This document shows, one piece after another, positions 1 through 11,681 of a stretch of DNA of 52,763 nucleotides. Both the position numbers and the translations under genes were made by a program. Source of the DNA: Bacteroidaceae bacterium (GTDB lineage Bacteria > Bacteroidota > Bacteroidia > Bacteroidales > Bacteroidaceae); NCBI GenBank assembly GCA_017557045.1, contig JAFYLO010000182.1, forward strand, positions 1 through 52,763, written 5' to 3'. The number at the start of each line of letters is the position of its first letter. Position 1 is the first letter of the stretch. The notes under the pieces were generated by a model that was not told the origin of the DNA, searched no databases, and was given only the letters and a program-made list of their open reading frames with translations.

Positions 1-2814
1 GCCGATCCTGCTGACTATGCAAGTGCACGCGAGGTTATCAACAACCTCTTCTTCTCGGAGAAGCGTTACGACTTGGGTGATGTGGGCCGTTACCGCATCA
101 ACCGCAAGTTGAACCTCAAGACAGATATGTCGGTAAGAGTCCTTACTAAGGAGGATATTATCGAGATTATAAAATACTTGATAGGTCTTGTAAACTCAAA
201 GGCTGTTGTCGATGATATCGACCACTTGAGCAACCGTCGTGTACGTACCGTAGGTGAGCAGCTTTCTAACCAGTTTGCTATCGGTCTTGCACGTATGGCA
301 CGCACCATCCGTGAGCGTATGAACGTTCGCGACAACGAGGTGTTCACTCCTACAGACCTTATCAATGCCAAGACTGTTTCTGCTGTGATAAATACCTTCT
401 TCGGTACCAACGCACTTTCACAGTTCATGGATCAGACAAACCCCTTGGCGGAAATTACCCACAAACGTCGTCTTTCGGCACTCGGCCCCGGTGGTCTTTC
501 GCGTGACCGTGCAGGTTTCGAGGTGCGAGACGTACACTATACACACTATGGACGACTCTGTCCCATCGAGACCCCTGAGGGTCCCAACATCGGACTTATC
601 TCTTCATTGTGTATTTATGCAAAGATAAATGAACTCGGATTCATTGTTACACCTTATAGAAAAGTAGAAAACGGCGTCGTTGACATCAATAACGACAATG
701 TAGTATACTACACTGCAGAGGAGGAGGAAAATGTAATTATCGCACAGGGTAATGCACCCCTTGACGAAAATGGCAAGTTCATCCGTAAGAAGGTAAAGAC
801 ACGTCAGGATGCAGACTATCCTGTTGTCGAGCCCGACAGAGTACAGCTCATGGATGTATCTCCCCAGCAGATTGCCTCTATTGCTGCATCGCTTATCCCC
901 TTCCTTGAGCACGACGATGCTAACCGTGCGTTGATGGGATCTAACATGATGCGCCAGGCAGTACCCTTGTTGACAACCGAAGCTCCTATCGTAGGTACAG
1001 GTATCGAGAAGCAGTTGGCCGAAGATTCACGTACACAGATTGTAGCCGAGGGTGAAGGTGTAATCGAATTTGTCGATGCAACCAGAATCAGAATCAAATA
1101 TGACCGTACAGAGGACGAGGAATTTGTAAGCTTCGATCCCGCATGGAAGGAGTACATCATTCCCAAGTTCCGCCGTACGAACCAGAATATGACAATAGAC
1201 TTGAGACCTATCTGCGTGAAAGGCCAGAGAGTCAAAGCGGGTGATATTCTCACCGAAGGTTATTCAACCCAGGCAGGTGAGCTTGCACTCGGAAAGAACC
1301 TTCTCGTGGCATACATGCCCTGGAAGGGATACAACTACGAGGATGCTATCGTGCTTAACGAGAGAGTGGTACGCGAGGATGTGCTTACATCAGTACACGT
1401 AGACGAACTCTCATTGGAGGTACGCGAGACCAAGCGCGGTATGGAGGAATTCACATCGGATATCCCCAACGTGAGCGAGGACGCAACAAAGGATCTCGAC
1501 CAGAACGGTATTATCCGCGTAGGTGCATATGTAAGACCCGGCGATATCATCATCGGTAAGATTACTCCCAAGGGAGAATCCGATCCTTCACCCGAGGAGA
1601 AACTGCTCCGTGCAATCTTCGGTGACAAGGCCGGCGATGTAAAAGATGCCTCACTTAAGGCTTCACCCTCACTTCAGGGTGTGGTTGTAGGTCGTCGCCT
1701 CTTCCAGCGTGCCGAAAAGAGCCGCTCGGCTAAGCTTGCCGACAAGGCCAAGCTTCCCAAAATCGATGACGAATTCATGGAGAAGGTAGGCGAGTTGAAG
1801 GAGATACTCGTAGACAAGCTCATCAAGCTCATCGGTGGCAGAGTATCACAGGGAGTGAAGGACTTTATGGGTACAGAGGTTATTGCCAAGGGCGCGAAAT
1901 TTACAAAGCAGGAGCTTGATGCACTGGATTTCACAGCAATACAGCTCAGCAAATGGACTGCCGATGCACACACCAACGATCTTATCCGTGCACTCGTAAT
2001 AAATTATCTGCACAAGTATAAAGAGTATGCAGCGCAGGTTAAGCGCGAGAAGTATGCATTGCAGATTGGCGACGAATTGCCTTCAGGTACAATGAAGATG
2101 GCAAAGGTATATATCGCCAAGAAACGTAAGATCGGTGTCGGTGATAAGATGGCGGGTCGTCACGGTAACAAGGGTATCGTATCGCGCGTAGTGCGCCAGG
2201 AGGATATGCCCTTCCTTGCCGATGGAACACCTGTAGACATCATCCTTAACCCTCTGGGTGTGCCTTCACGTATGAACATCGGTCAGATATTCGAGACCGT
2301 ACTCGGCCGTGCAGGTAAAGAACTCGGCATCAAGTTTGCAACTCCCATTTTCGATGGTGCAACACTCGATGACCTTTGTGAATGGACAGACAAGGCCGGT
2401 CTTCCCCGCTTCGGAAAGACATATCTCTACGACGGAGGTACAGGTGAGCGTTTCGACCAGCCTGCAACAGTGGGTGTCAGCTATATGCTTAAACTCGGCC
2501 ACATGGTTGAGGACAAGATGCACGCACGTTCAATCGGTCCATACTCACTCATCACTCAGCAGCCCCTCGGCGGTAAGGCACAGTTCGGTGGTCAGCGTTT
2601 CGGAGAGATGGAGGTTTGGGCGCTCGAAGCATTCGGCGCAGCCCACATTCTTCAGGAGATTCTGACAATCAAGTCCGACGACGTAGTCGGCCGTTCAAAG
2701 GCATACGAGGCAATCGTCAAGGGCGATCCCATGCCTACACCCGGAATACCCGAATCGCTCAACGTATTGTTGCACGAGCTTCGCGGATTGGGCTTGAGTA
2801 TATCATTCGAATAA
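1..2814 (+). CDS. rpoB: DNA-directed RNA polymerase subunit beta, C-terminal 937 codons (5' end lies upstream of the window)
   Basis: Frame 1 is open from nt 1 ([32 protein letters not shown]...), so the TTG at 73 in the ORF track is internal. Hallmark motifs [12 protein letters not shown] and KSDDVVGR are present. rpoC follows 30 nt downstream. Confidence 0.98.
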   Translation, partial: ADPADYASAREVINNLFFSEKRYDLGDVGRYRINRKLNLKTDMSVRVLTKEDIIEIIKYLIGLVNSKAVVDDIDHLSNRRVRTVGEQLSNQFAIGLARMARTIRERMNVRDNEVFTPTDLINAKTVSAVINTFFGTNALSQFMDQTNPLAEITHKRRLSALGPGGLSRDRAGFEVRDVHYTHYGRLCPIETPEGPNIGLISSLCIYAKINELGFIVTPYRKVENGVVDINNDNVVYYTAEEEENVIIAQGNAPLDENGKFIRKKVKTRQDADYPVVEPDRVQLMDVSPQQIASIAASLIPFLEHDDANRALMGSNMMRQAVPLLTTEAPIVGTGIEKQLAEDSRTQIVAEGEGVIEFVDATRIRIKYDRTEDEEFVSFDPAWKEYIIPKFRRTNQNMTIDLRPICVKGQRVKAGDILTEGYSTQAGELALGKNLLVAYMPWKGYNYEDAIVLNERVVREDVLTSVHVDELSLEVRETKRGMEEFTSDIPNVSEDATKDLDQNGIIRVGAYVRPGDIIIGKITPKGESDPSPEEKLLRAIFGDKAGDVKDASLKASPSLQGVVVGRRLFQRAEKSRSAKLADKAKLPKIDDEFMEKVGELKEILVDKLIKLIGGRVSQGVKDFMGTEVIAKGAKFTKQELDALDFTAIQLSKWTADAHTNDLIRALVINYLHKYKEYAAQVKREKYALQIGDELPSGTMKMAKVYIAKKRKIGVGDKMAGRHGNKGIVSRVVRQEDMPFLADGTPVDIILNPLGVPSRMNIGQIFETVLGRAGKELGIKFATPIFDGATLDDLCEWTDKAGLPRFGKTYLYDGGTGERFDQPATVGVSYMLKLGHMVEDKMHARSIGPYSLITQQPLGGKAQFGGQRFGEMEVWALEAFGAAHILQEILTIKSDDVVGRSKAYEAIVKGDPMPTPGIPESLNVLLHELRGLGLSISFE

Positions 2815-2844
2815 TATTACCATCACGTTTGTCAATATAGTATT

Positions 2845-5800
2845 ATGGCTTTCAGAAAAGAAACTAAGACAAAAAATAATTTCACTAAAATCACCATAGG
2901 ATTGGCCTCTCCGCAGGAAATCCTCGGTGGTTCAAGTGGTGAGGTGTTGAAACCCGAAACCATCAATTACCGTACATACAAGCCCGAGCGTGACGGATTG
3001 TTCTGTGAGCGCATCTTCGGTCCTGTAAAAGATTACGAATGTAACTGCGGTAAGTACAAGCGCATCAGATACAAAGGTATCGTCTGCGACCGTTGCGGTG
3101 TAATGGTTACCGAGAAGAAAGTTCGTCGCGAGCGTATGGGACACATACATCTGGTGGTACCCGTGGCTCACATCTGGTATTTCCGTTCACTCCCCAACAA
3201 GATGGGTTATCTTCTTGGTCTTCCCACCAAGAACCTCGACGCGGTAATATATTATGAGAAATATATCGTAATACAGCCGGGTGTTATGATGCGCAAGGAC
3301 AGCGATGCGCGTCAGGAAGTAATCGGTAAGGACAATGTGGTAACAAGCGGCGTTCTTCCCAATCAGCTTCTTACAGAGGACGAATACCTCGAAATAATGG
3401 ATAACCTGCCCGCAGGTAACAGCGAACTCGATGACAGCGATCCCAACAAGTTCATCGCAAAGATGGGTGCAGAGGCTATTCAGGAACTTCTCACAAGAAT
3501 TGATCTTGACGCCCTCTCATACGAGCTTCGCAACCGTGCAAATACAGATATGTCGCAGCAGCGCAAGAACGAGGCTCTCAAACGCCTTCAGGTGGTAGAG
3601 TCTTTCCGCTCTTCAATGGCTGCATCGGGCGGTCGCAACCGTCCCGAATGGATGATAATGACAGTAATCCCCGTAATTCCCCCCGAATTGCGTCCGTTGG
3701 TACCCCTGGATGGTGGCCGTTTCGCTACTTCCGACCTCAACGACCTTTACCGTCGCGTAATCATCCGTAACAACCGTCTGAAGAAACTGCTCGAAATCAA
3801 GGCTCCCGACGTTATTCTCCGCAACGAGAAACGTATGCTTCAGGAGGCTGTAGACTCACTCTTCGACAACTCACGTAAGGCGAGCGCATTGAAGTCAGAG
3901 GCAAACCGTCCCTTGAAGTCTCTCTCGGACAGCTTGAAGGGTAAGCAGGGACGCTTCCGTCAGAACCTTCTCGGTAAGCGTGTTGACTATTCAGCACGTT
4001 CGGTAATCGTCGTAGGTCCCGAATTGAAGATGGGTGAGTGCGGACTTCCCAAACTCATGGCTGCCGAACTTTACAAGCCGTTCATCATCCGTAAGCTCAT
4101 AGAGCGCGGTATTGTAAAGACCGTAAAATCGGCAAAGAAGATGGTTGATCGTCGTGAGCCCGTAATCTGGGACATCCTTGAGCATGTAATGAAGGGACAC
4201 CCTGTACTTCTCAACCGTGCACCGACACTTCACCGTCTCGGTATCCAGGCTTTCCAGCCCAAGATGATTGAGGGTAAGGCAATCCAGTTGCACCCGCTTG
4301 CATGTACTGCGTTCAACGCCGACTTCGACGGTGACCAGATGGCTGTTCACTTGCCCCTCAGCAACGAGGCTGTACTTGAGGCGCAGATGCTCATGCTCCA
4401 ATCGCACAACATACTTAACCCCTCGAATGGTGCTCCTATTGCCGTACCTTCACAGGATATGGTACTTGGACTCTACTATATTACAAAACTTCGCGAAGGC
4501 GCCAAGGGACACGGAATGACATTCTACGGTCCCGAAGAGGCACTTATCGCATACAACCAGGGCCGCGTAGACATTCATGCGCCCGTCAAAGTTCTCGTTG
4601 AGGACCGCGACGAGGAGGGCAACTATGTCAATGTTCTCCGTGAGACATCAGTGGGTCGCGTAATCGTAAACCAGATTGTGCCCCGCGAAATGGGCTTTGT
4701 AAACAAGATTATCTCCAAGAAGTCTCTCCGCGACATCATCAGCGAGGTTATCAAGCGCGTAGGTGTTGCACGTTCGGCAGACTTCCTCGATGGAATCAAG
4801 AACCTCGGTTACTTGATGGCGTTCAAGGGTGGTCTTTCGTTCAACCTCGACGATGTTATCATCCCCAAGGAGAAGGAAGAACTTGTACGCAAGGGTAACG
4901 AGAAGGTTGAGGAGATTCTCGCAGAGTATAACCTCGGTCTTATCACCGACAAGGAGCGTTACAACAAGGTGGTCGATGAGTGGACACACGTAAATGCCGA
5001 CCTTGCCAACGTGTTGATGAAGACAATTTCTACCGACGATCAGGGCTTCAACTCGGTTTACATGATGCTCGACTCAGGTGCCCGTGGTTCTAAAGACCAG
5101 ATTCGTCAGCTCTCAGGTATGCGTGGTCTTATGGCCAAGCCCCAGAAGGCAGGTTCAGAAGGTGCACAGATTATCGAGAACCCGATTCTTTCGAACTTTA
5201 AGGAGGGACTTTCGGTGCTTGAGTACTTTATCTCTTCACACGGTGCACGTAAGGGTCTTGCCGATACAGCGTTGAAGACTGCCGATGCAGGTTACCTGAC
5301 ACGTCGTCTTGTCGATGTATCTCACGATGTAATCATCAACGAAGAGGATTGCGGCACATTGCGTGGTCTTGTATGTACAGCACTCAAGAACAACGATGAG
5401 GTAGTTGCAACTCTCGGTGAGCGTATCCTCGGCCGTGTATCTGTACACGATGTTGTCGATCCTATAACCGGAGAACTCATTGTGGCATCAGGTGATCTTA
5501 TCACAGAGACAATTGCTGACAGAATTGAAAAATCACCCATTGAGAGCGTAGAGATACGTTCAGTGCTCACCTGCGAGTCAAAGCATGGTGTCTGTGCAAA
5601 ATGTTACGGACGCAACCTTGCAACCAGCCGCATGGTAGAGCGTGGCGAAGCTGTCGGAGTTATTGCGGCACAGTCTATCGGTGAGCCAGGTACACAGCTT
5701 ACACTCCGTACCTTCCACGCCGGTGGTACCGCTGCCAATATCGCAGCAGATGCAAGCATCAAGGCTAAGCACGAGTCTCGCGTCAAGTTCGAGGAATTGC

Positions 5801-7206
5801 GTACAGTCAATGCTTTTGAGGCCGACGGAACTCCTGTTAAGATTGTAGTGAGCCGATTGAGCGAGGTACGCTTCATCGATGTAAACACAGACATAGCATT
5901 CTCTACACATAACATACCTTACGGTTCTAAACTTTATGTTTCTGAGGACGAACTTGTACAGCCCGGTAAAGTGGTTGCAACATGGGACCCCTTCAACGCC
6001 GTAATCGTAACCGAAGTTGCCGGTAAAGTTGACTTCGAGTCAGTTATAGAGAACGTAACATATAAGGTTGAGACCGACGAAAGTACAGGTCTTCAGGAGA
6101 TAGTGATCATCGAGTCACGCGACAAGAACAAGATTCCTACAATACACATTGTAGACGAAGATGGCAACATCCTCCACAACTACAACCTCCCCGTAGGTGG
6201 TCGCGTAGTCGTAGAGAACAAGCAGTTGCTTAAGGCCGGTGATATTCTTGTGAAGATACCTCGCGTATTCGGTAATGCCGGTGATATTACCGGTGGTCTC
6301 CCCCGTGTAACCGAGCTCTTCGAGGCACGTAACCCCTCTAACCCCGCAGTGGTATCTGAAATCGACGGCGAGGTAACAATGGGTAAGGTTAAACGTGGTA
6401 ACCGCGAGATTGTTGTAACATCTAAGGTTGGCGACGTCAAGAAATACCTTGTTGCACTCTCCAAGCAGATTCTTGTTCAGGATGGCGACTATGTACGTGC
6501 CGGAACTCCTCTGTCCGACGGTGCAATCACTCCCTCCGACATCCTTGCAATCAAGGGCCCCACAGCCGTGCAGGAATACATTGTCAACGAGGCACAGGAC
6601 GTTTACCGTTCACAGGGTGTGAAGATCAACGACAAGCACTTCGAGATTATCGTTCGTCAGATGATGCGCAAGGTGCAGATAAACGAGCCCGGTGATACAC
6701 AGTTCCTCGAATTGCAGATTGTCGACAAGCTCGAATTCCAGGAGAAGAACGACCAGATTTGGGGCAAGAAGGTAGTAACCGATGCCGGTGACTCTGAAAA
6801 TCTCAAGGTAGGTCAGATAGTAACAGCACGTAATCTCCGCGACGAGAACAGTATGCTCACACGCCGCGACCTCAAGCAGGTAGTAGCACGCGATGCAGTT
6901 CCTGCAACATCTACACAGATACTCCAGGGTATCACTCGTGCCGCACTTCAGACAACAAGCTTCATCTCGGCAGCATCGTTCCAGGAGACAACAAAGGTGC
7001 TCAACGAGGCAGCAATCAATATGAAGAAGGACTACCTCCTCGGTATGAAGGAGAACGTAATCTGCGGACACCTTATCCCCGCCGGAACAGGACAGCGCGA
7101 GTACCGTCGCATCGTAGTAGGTTCAAAAGAGGACTACGAACGTATGATGGCAAACCGTAAGAATGTACTTGATTTCTCGGATGTAGAAGACGAAAACGAG
7201 GATTAA
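2845..7206 (+). CDS. rpoC: DNA-directed RNA polymerase subunit beta'
   Basis: 1453 aa with an ATG start. Has the zinc-binding [20 protein letters not shown] segment and the catalytic [12 protein letters not shown] motif. The rpoB-rpoC order is canonical. Confidence 0.98.
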   Translation: MAFRKETKTKNNFTKITIGLASPQEILGGSSGEVLKPETINYRTYKPERDGLFCERIFGPVKDYECNCGKYKRIRYKGIVCDRCGVMVTEKKVRRERMGHIHLVVPVAHIWYFRSLPNKMGYLLGLPTKNLDAVIYYEKYIVIQPGVMMRKDSDARQEVIGKDNVVTSGVLPNQLLTEDEYLEIMDNLPAGNSELDDSDPNKFIAKMGAEAIQELLTRIDLDALSYELRNRANTDMSQQRKNEALKRLQVVESFRSSMAASGGRNRPEWMIMTVIPVIPPELRPLVPLDGGRFATSDLNDLYRRVIIRNNRLKKLLEIKAPDVILRNEKRMLQEAVDSLFDNSRKASALKSEANRPLKSLSDSLKGKQGRFRQNLLGKRVDYSARSVIVVGPELKMGECGLPKLMAAELYKPFIIRKLIERGIVKTVKSAKKMVDRREPVIWDILEHVMKGHPVLLNRAPTLHRLGIQAFQPKMIEGKAIQLHPLACTAFNADFDGDQMAVHLPLSNEAVLEAQMLMLQSHNILNPSNGAPIAVPSQDMVLGLYYITKLREGAKGHGMTFYGPEEALIAYNQGRVDIHAPVKVLVEDRDEEGNYVNVLRETSVGRVIVNQIVPREMGFVNKIISKKSLRDIISEVIKRVGVARSADFLDGIKNLGYLMAFKGGLSFNLDDVIIPKEKEELVRKGNEKVEEILAEYNLGLITDKERYNKVVDEWTHVNADLANVLMKTISTDDQGFNSVYMMLDSGARGSKDQIRQLSGMRGLMAKPQKAGSEGAQIIENPILSNFKEGLSVLEYFISSHGARKGLADTALKTADAGYLTRRLVDVSHDVIINEEDCGTLRGLVCTALKNNDEVVATLGERILGRVSVHDVVDPITGELIVASGDLITETIADRIEKSPIESVEIRSVLTCESKHGVCAKCYGRNLATSRMVERGEAVGVIAAQSIGEPGTQLTLRTFHAGGTAANIAADASIKAKHESRVKFEELRTVNAFEADGTPVKIVVSRLSEVRFIDVNTDIAFSTHNIPYGSKLYVSEDELVQPGKVVATWDPFNAVIVTEVAGKVDFESVIENVTYKVETDESTGLQEIVIIESRDKNKIPTIHIVDEDGNILHNYNLPVGGRVVVENKQLLKAGDILVKIPRVFGNAGDITGGLPRVTELFEARNPSNPAVVSEIDGEVTMGKVKRGNREIVVTSKVGDVKKYLVALSKQILVQDGDYVRAGTPLSDGAITPSDILAIKGPTAVQEYIVNEAQDVYRSQGVKINDKHFEIIVRQMMRKVQINEPGDTQFLELQIVDKLEFQEKNDQIWGKKVVTDAGDSENLKVGQIVTARNLRDENSMLTRRDLKQVVARDAVPATSTQILQGITRAALQTTSFISAASFQETTKVLNEAAINMKKDYLLGMKENVICGHLIPAGTGQREYRRIVVGSKEDYERMMANRKNVLDFSDVEDENED

Positions 7207-7220
7207 TCTCCGAATAAAAT

Positions 7221-7270
7221 AACGACAGAAAAGGACGATGCCTGCAATGGCATCGTCCTTTTCTGTCGTT
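7221..7270 (+). terminator. Intrinsic terminator hairpin after rpoC
   Basis: Perfect 22-bp stem: 7221-7242 aacgacagaaaaggacgatgcc pairs with 7249-7270 ggcatcgtccttttctgtcgtt. The loop is 6 nt and AT-rich sequence follows. Confidence 0.85.
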
Positions 7271-7310
7271 ATTTTATATGTTAAAATTTCATTATCTGAA
7301 AAATAAATCA

Positions 7311-7318
7311 TATTTTTG
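7311..7318 (+). promoter_or_regulatory. Bacteroidota-type -7 promoter box (TAttTTTG) for the acyltransferase operon
   Basis: tatttttg matches TAnnTTTG. It overlaps the TTG (7316) used as ORF-track start, which argues that the real start is the ATG at 7337. Confidence 0.4.
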
Positions 7319-7336
7319 CATGAAGTAACAATTAGA

Positions 7337-8173
7337 ATGTCCAAACAGCCTATGAGTGAAAAGATGTTGATAGACATAGATGCAATTCTTGCAAGCAAAG
7401 CAGGCAAGAAGGCGCGCTATGTTCCCCGTTTCTTAGTCTCTTATTTGAAGAAGATAGCCCATCAGGAAGAGCTTAACGGTTTTCTTGAAAATGAACAGGA
7501 TAGGTACGGCGTAGAATTTATTGAAGATTTCTTCCGTTTCTTCGACAACAGTTTCGAAGTAGAAGGCATGGAGAATCTCCCCTCCGAAGGGTGGCACACA
7601 TTTGTGAGCAACCATCCGTTGGGTGCAATTGACGGCATGGGGTTGGGCATGATACTTGGCCGTCACTACGATGAAAAAATAAAATATCTGGTCAACGACC
7701 TGTTGATGAATATTCCTCAATTGAAATCACTCTTTATCCCCATAAACAAGACAGGTCGTCAGGCAAAAAATCTCCCCCGTCAGGTTGACGAAGCCTTCAA
7801 GTCCGAAAACCACATACTTATGTTCCCTGCCGGCATCTGCTCGCGTCGCACAAACGGAGTAATCCGCGACCTTGAATGGAAAAAGACATTCATCACCAAG
7901 AGCGTGCAGACACAGAGGGATGTGGTTCCCATTCACTTCGACGGACGCAACTCCGATTTTTTCTATAATCTTGCCAATATAAACAAGATGCTTGGGCTGA
8001 AATTCAATATAGCCATGCTCTACCTTGCCGACGAAATGTTCAAGAATCGCGGACAGAAATTCAAGGTAACCATCGGCAAGCCGATAGCGTGGGAGACATT
8101 TGACAAATCAAAGACACCCGCAGAATGGGCACAGTATGTGCAGGATGTAGTATATTCACTCAAAAGACACTAA
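7337..8173 (+). CDS. glsA: PlsC/LPLAT-family acyltransferase, probable O-acyltransferase of an N-acyl amino-acid (glycine/ornithine-lipid type) lipid pathway
   Basis: Has the acyltransferase motif VSNHPLGAIDG and a FPAGICSRR block. It lies 10 nt upstream of the OlsB/hemolysin-like N-acyltransferase gene. The symbol is assigned by analogy to the Bacteroides glsA/glsB pair and was not verified by alignment. Confidence 0.7.
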   Translation: MSKQPMSEKMLIDIDAILASKAGKKARYVPRFLVSYLKKIAHQEELNGFLENEQDRYGVEFIEDFFRFFDNSFEVEGMENLPSEGWHTFVSNHPLGAIDGMGLGMILGRHYDEKIKYLVNDLLMNIPQLKSLFIPINKTGRQAKNLPRQVDEAFKSENHILMFPAGICSRRTNGVIRDLEWKKTFITKSVQTQRDVVPIHFDGRNSDFFYNLANINKMLGLKFNIAMLYLADEMFKNRGQKFKVTIGKPIAWETFDKSKTPAEWAQYVQDVVYSLKRH

Positions 8174-8183
8174 CACAGACAAC

Positions 8184-9179
8184 ATGGAAGATATAATAGC
8201 ACCGGTTCCGGTGGAACTGCTCAAAGCCGAACTTACAGAAGACAAACGCTTGCGCTTCACCAACCGAAGCAAGAACGAGATATATGTGCTCACAGCAGCC
8301 GACTCTCCCAATGTGATGAGAGAGATAGGCCGTCTGCGCGAAATCGCATTCCGTGCCGCAGGAGGCGGAACAGGCCTTTCGATGGACATCGATGAGTTTG
8401 ACACAATGGAAAAACCCTACAAACAGCTCATCGTGTGGAACCCCGACGAAAATGACATTATAGGAGGTTATCGCTTCATTGTAGGTTCCGATGTTCGTTT
8501 CGATGAATCAGGAGCCCCCATATTGGCAACAGCGCACAATATGTTCCACTTCTCCAAACGCTTCATCGAAGAGATACTTCCTGAAACGATAGAGTTGGGC
8601 CGTTCGTTTGTAACTCTCAAATACCAGTCGACACGAATGGGCTCCAAGAGCATATTTGCCCTCGATAACCTGTGGGACGGTTTGGGCGCACTCACAGTAG
8701 TGCTTCCCAATGTAAAGTACCTCTTCGGTAAAGTAACAATGTATCCCTCGTACCATAAGCAGGGACGCGACATGATACTTTACTTCCTGAAGAAACATTT
8801 TGCCGACCCCGATAAACTGATAGTTCCTATGGCTCCTCTCCAATTGGAGACCGATGAAAAAGAACTTGCTGCAATTTTTAGTGAAGATAGTTTCGCGGCC
8901 GATTACAAAATACTTAACCGTGAGGTGCGCGCCCTCGGCTACACTATACCTCCTCTTGTAAATGCCTATATGAACCTCTCGCCCACAATGCGCACGTTTG
9001 GAACTGCCGTAAACACAGAATTCGGAAATGTAGAGGAGACCGGCATACTGATAGCTGTCGACGAAATATTGGAGGATAAACGTATGCGATACATAGAGTC
9101 CTTTGCCAAGCAGAATCCCGAACTTATAGAACTCAGGACCGGTGCACATAAAGTATTCTACACCGGAGAGAATAAATAG
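8184..9179 (+). CDS. glsB: OlsB-like (hemolysin-like GNAT) N-acyltransferase, probable N-acyl glycine/amino-acid lipid synthase
   Basis: 331 aa. The N-terminal region ...REIGRLREIAFRAAGGGTGLSMDIDEFD... and the overall size are typical of Bacteroidota 'hemolysin'/N-acyltransferase proteins. It is paired with a PlsC-type acyltransferase. Confidence 0.7.
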   Translation: MEDIIAPVPVELLKAELTEDKRLRFTNRSKNEIYVLTAADSPNVMREIGRLREIAFRAAGGGTGLSMDIDEFDTMEKPYKQLIVWNPDENDIIGGYRFIVGSDVRFDESGAPILATAHNMFHFSKRFIEEILPETIELGRSFVTLKYQSTRMGSKSIFALDNLWDGLGALTVVLPNVKYLFGKVTMYPSYHKQGRDMILYFLKKHFADPDKLIVPMAPLQLETDEKELAAIFSEDSFAADYKILNREVRALGYTIPPLVNAYMNLSPTMRTFGTAVNTEFGNVEETGILIAVDEILEDKRMRYIESFAKQNPELIELRTGAHKVFYTGENK

Positions 9180-9180
9180 T

Positions 9181-9226
9181 ATAAATCAAAAGAACGGCTC
9201 AGTTTTCTGCCGTTCTTTTGATTTAT
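9181..9226 (+). terminator. Intrinsic terminator hairpin after the lipid operon
   Basis: Perfect 18-bp stem: 9181-9198 ataaatcaaaagaacggc pairs with 9209-9226 gccgttcttttgatttat. The loop is 10 nt. Confidence 0.8.
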
Positions 9227-9279
9227 ACAATCTATGCGTGTATATTTTGTTAACTACAAAATGGAACTTTCCTTAAGTA

Positions 9280-9462
9280 GTTTGTTGCTATATTTGTGGT
9301 AAAACACGAATATAGGTTTCACTCGCTGTGAAATATTCAAGCAAGCTTGATATTTTTCGCTCGTTTGTTGCTATATTTGAGGTAAACCTCGAATATAGGT
9401 TTCACTCGCTGTGAAATATTCAAGCAAGCTTGATATTTTTCGCTCGTTTGTTGCTATATTTG
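9280..9462 (+). repeat. Tandem repeat, 83-bp unit x 2.2 copies, each copy starting with gtttgttgctatatttg (contains a TAtaTTTG -7 box)
   Basis: Copy A is 9280-9362 and copy B is 9363-9445. They differ at 3 positions, all in tggtaaaacacgaa versus aggtaaacctcgaa. A partial copy C (9446-9462) ends 19 nt before the dut ATG. Confidence 0.9.
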
Positions 9463-9480
9463 CCATAAAATAATAGTAAT

Positions 9481-9912
9481 ATGAAGATACGGATAATAAA
9501 TAAATCAAAACACCCCCTGCCCGAATATGCAACAACCCAATCGGCGGGAGTCGACCTTAGAGCCAATATTGATACCCCGGTAGTGCTTGCACCTCTCCAG
9601 AGAGCCCTCATCCCCACAGGACTCTACATAGCTCTGCCCGAAGGCTATGAGGCACAAGTGCGCCCTCGCAGTGGCCTTGCTATCAAGAAGGGCATAACAG
9701 TGCTTAATTCTCCCGGCACAATTGATGCAGATTATCGTGGCGAAATATGCGTAATATTGGTAAACCTTTCCGATACTCCCTTCGAAATAACTGACGGCGA
9801 GAGGATTGCCCAGATGGTAATCGCCCGTCACGAACAGGCCGAATGGATAGAGTGTGAAAGCCTTGATGCCACCGAGCGTGGTGCAGGAGGATTCGGACAT
9901 ACAGGAATCTGA
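9481..9912 (+). CDS. dut: dUTP diphosphatase
   Basis: 143 aa. Contains the motifs AGVDLRA, RPRSGLA and [10 protein letters not shown]. Confidence 0.97.
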   Translation: MKIRIINKSKHPLPEYATTQSAGVDLRANIDTPVVLAPLQRALIPTGLYIALPEGYEAQVRPRSGLAIKKGITVLNSPGTIDADYRGEICVILVNLSDTPFEITDGERIAQMVIARHEQAEWIECESLDATERGAGGFGHTGI

Positions 9913-11681
9913 TGACTATGAATCTTCGTCGGGTAATATATATACTTGCAATATACTTTATCGGCCTCCTCGCGATGCCGATAAGTACATTAGCGCAGTC
10001 TGATGGCAAGAATACGGTACAGACTGTTGCCGAACAGCGTCGTGCCTTCGACTACTATTATCTGCAAGCACTTGCGCTTAAAGAGCAGGGTGCGCATGAT
10101 GCCGCCCTCGAAATGTTCGAGCACTGCTTGCGCCTCGCTCCCGCCTCTCCCGCAGTCCTCTTCGAACTGTCCACATACTATATGTACCTCGGCAAGAAGA
10201 ATGAAGCGCTGCAAATGATGCAACGTGCCGTAAAGGAGGAGCCATCGAACTTTTGGTACCGTCAGATACTTGCAACTGCATACGAAAACAACAATCTCCT
10301 CCCCGATGCGATAGCTGTCTACGAAAGTATGGCCTCGGATTTTCCGGCAAACACCGAAATGTATCTTATTCTTGCCGGGTATTACAGCGAAGAGGCACAA
10401 TATGACAAGGCCCTCTCTGCTCTTGACGCTTACGAACGCAAAGAGGGCAAGAGTGAACAGATAAGCATGCAGAAGTATAACATCTGTCTGCTAATGGACG
10501 ACTCCCTCCGTGCAATCGAAGAGGCAGGTAAACTTGCCGCCGACAATCCCGAAGACCTGCGTTATCAAGTGCTATTGGGCGATGTCTATCTTCACAACGA
10601 AAATTACTCCCAAGCCGAGAAAGTGTACCAAAATGTACTAAAGAAAGAGCCCGGCAATGTCAATGGGCGTTTGGCTATGGTAAATCTCTACAAGATAACA
10701 GGCAGCGACTCTCTTTTTAGAGACGAACTCGACACTCTGCTGATGAATCCTGCTGTCTCTCCCGCAGCACGCTCCGAACTTATGGCAAAGGCTCTTCCTG
10801 AAATAGCAAAGAGCGATGCCGACAGCATATACATCGACAACCTCTTCCAACGGCTCATAGCTCTTCCCGGCGAACAGTTGCCCACTGCCATCCTCTATGC
10901 CCACTATCTGAGCATAGTCAACGCAGGCGAAGAAAAGATTACCCCGTTGCTCAACAAAATACTCCGGATGGAGCCTGAGAACAAGATGGCCCAGTTGCAA
11001 TTGCTGAGCTATGCAATCAAGCGTGAGAATTACGACGAAATAATAAGCCGCGCCGACACTGCCATCCTCTACAATCCTGAAATGTTGCAACTATACTATT
11101 ACCGTGGTCTTGCTTGCTATCTTAAAAAGCAACCCGTCGAGGCTGCGGAAACTTTCCGCCGAGGATTGAAAAGCCGCGGCGAAGAGACGGAGGAAAAGCT
11201 TGTTTCTGAAATATACACCCTGCTGGGTGATACAGAGCACGAACTTGGTAACCGGGCTGCCACTCTCGAAGCCTATGACTCCGCCCTTGTATACAACCCC
11301 CACAACATACAGGTGCTGAACAACTACGCCTACTACCTTGCACAGGCCGACAGTGCTCTTGACCGCGCCGAGGAGATGAGCCTCATCACCATCAAGGAGG
11401 AACCCGACAATCCCATATATATCGACACCTATATGTGGATACTCTTCAAACAGAAACGCTACGAAGAGGCAAAGGCATATGCCGAAAAACTAATATCAAC
11501 CAACGAAGAGATAAGCGCTGTCGAATACTCTCACTGTGGAGATATATTTGCTCAGTGTGGCGACATAGAGCGGGCCATAGACTTCTGGACAGAAGCGCAG
11601 ATGCGTGGCGACGACTCTAAAATACTCAAGCGAAAAATAAAGAAAAAACGATATATCCACGATGAAAAGAACAAAAAATAG
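9912..11681 (+). CDS. Tetratricopeptide-repeat protein with N-terminal signal/anchor
   Basis: 589 aa. The start overlaps the dut stop (TGATG). The N-terminus is hydrophobic (VIYILAIYFIGLLAMPISTLAQ). Many ~34-aa helical repeats with A/Y/L periodicity are visible (e.g. YYYLQALALKEQGAHDAALEMFEHCLRLAP). Confidence 0.8.
   Translation: MTMNLRRVIYILAIYFIGLLAMPISTLAQSDGKNTVQTVAEQRRAFDYYYLQALALKEQGAHDAALEMFEHCLRLAPASPAVLFELSTYYMYLGKKNEALQMMQRAVKEEPSNFWYRQILATAYENNNLLPDAIAVYESMASDFPANTEMYLILAGYYSEEAQYDKALSALDAYERKEGKSEQISMQKYNICLLMDDSLRAIEEAGKLAADNPEDLRYQVLLGDVYLHNENYSQAEKVYQNVLKKEPGNVNGRLAMVNLYKITGSDSLFRDELDTLLMNPAVSPAARSELMAKALPEIAKSDADSIYIDNLFQRLIALPGEQLPTAILYAHYLSIVNAGEEKITPLLNKILRMEPENKMAQLQLLSYAIKRENYDEIISRADTAILYNPEMLQLYYYRGLACYLKKQPVEAAETFRRGLKSRGEETEEKLVSEIYTLLGDTEHELGNRAATLEAYDSALVYNPHNIQVLNNYAYYLAQADSALDRAEEMSLITIKEEPDNPIYIDTYMWILFKQKRYEEAKAYAEKLISTNEEISAVEYSHCGDIFAQCGDIERAIDFWTEAQMRGDDSKILKRKIKKKRYIHDEKNKK

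Noticed and set aside
7316-7336. ORF-track N-terminal extensions using TTG or upstream starts (also 14446-14496, 20681-20686, 27979-28002, 28859-28894, 50347-50400)
   Set aside because: Each extension overlaps a promoter box or the upstream gene, or it precedes a better ATG that gives a canonical N-terminus such as a signal peptide, a lipobox or GTFDP. I used the shorter models.
8508-9149. 213-aa minus-strand ORF
   Set aside because: It is antisense to the N-acyltransferase gene and has no features of a real protein.
9280-9462. Possible CRISPR array
   Set aside because: The repeats are directly abutting 83-bp units with no unique spacers. There are only 2.2 copies and no cas genes in the window.
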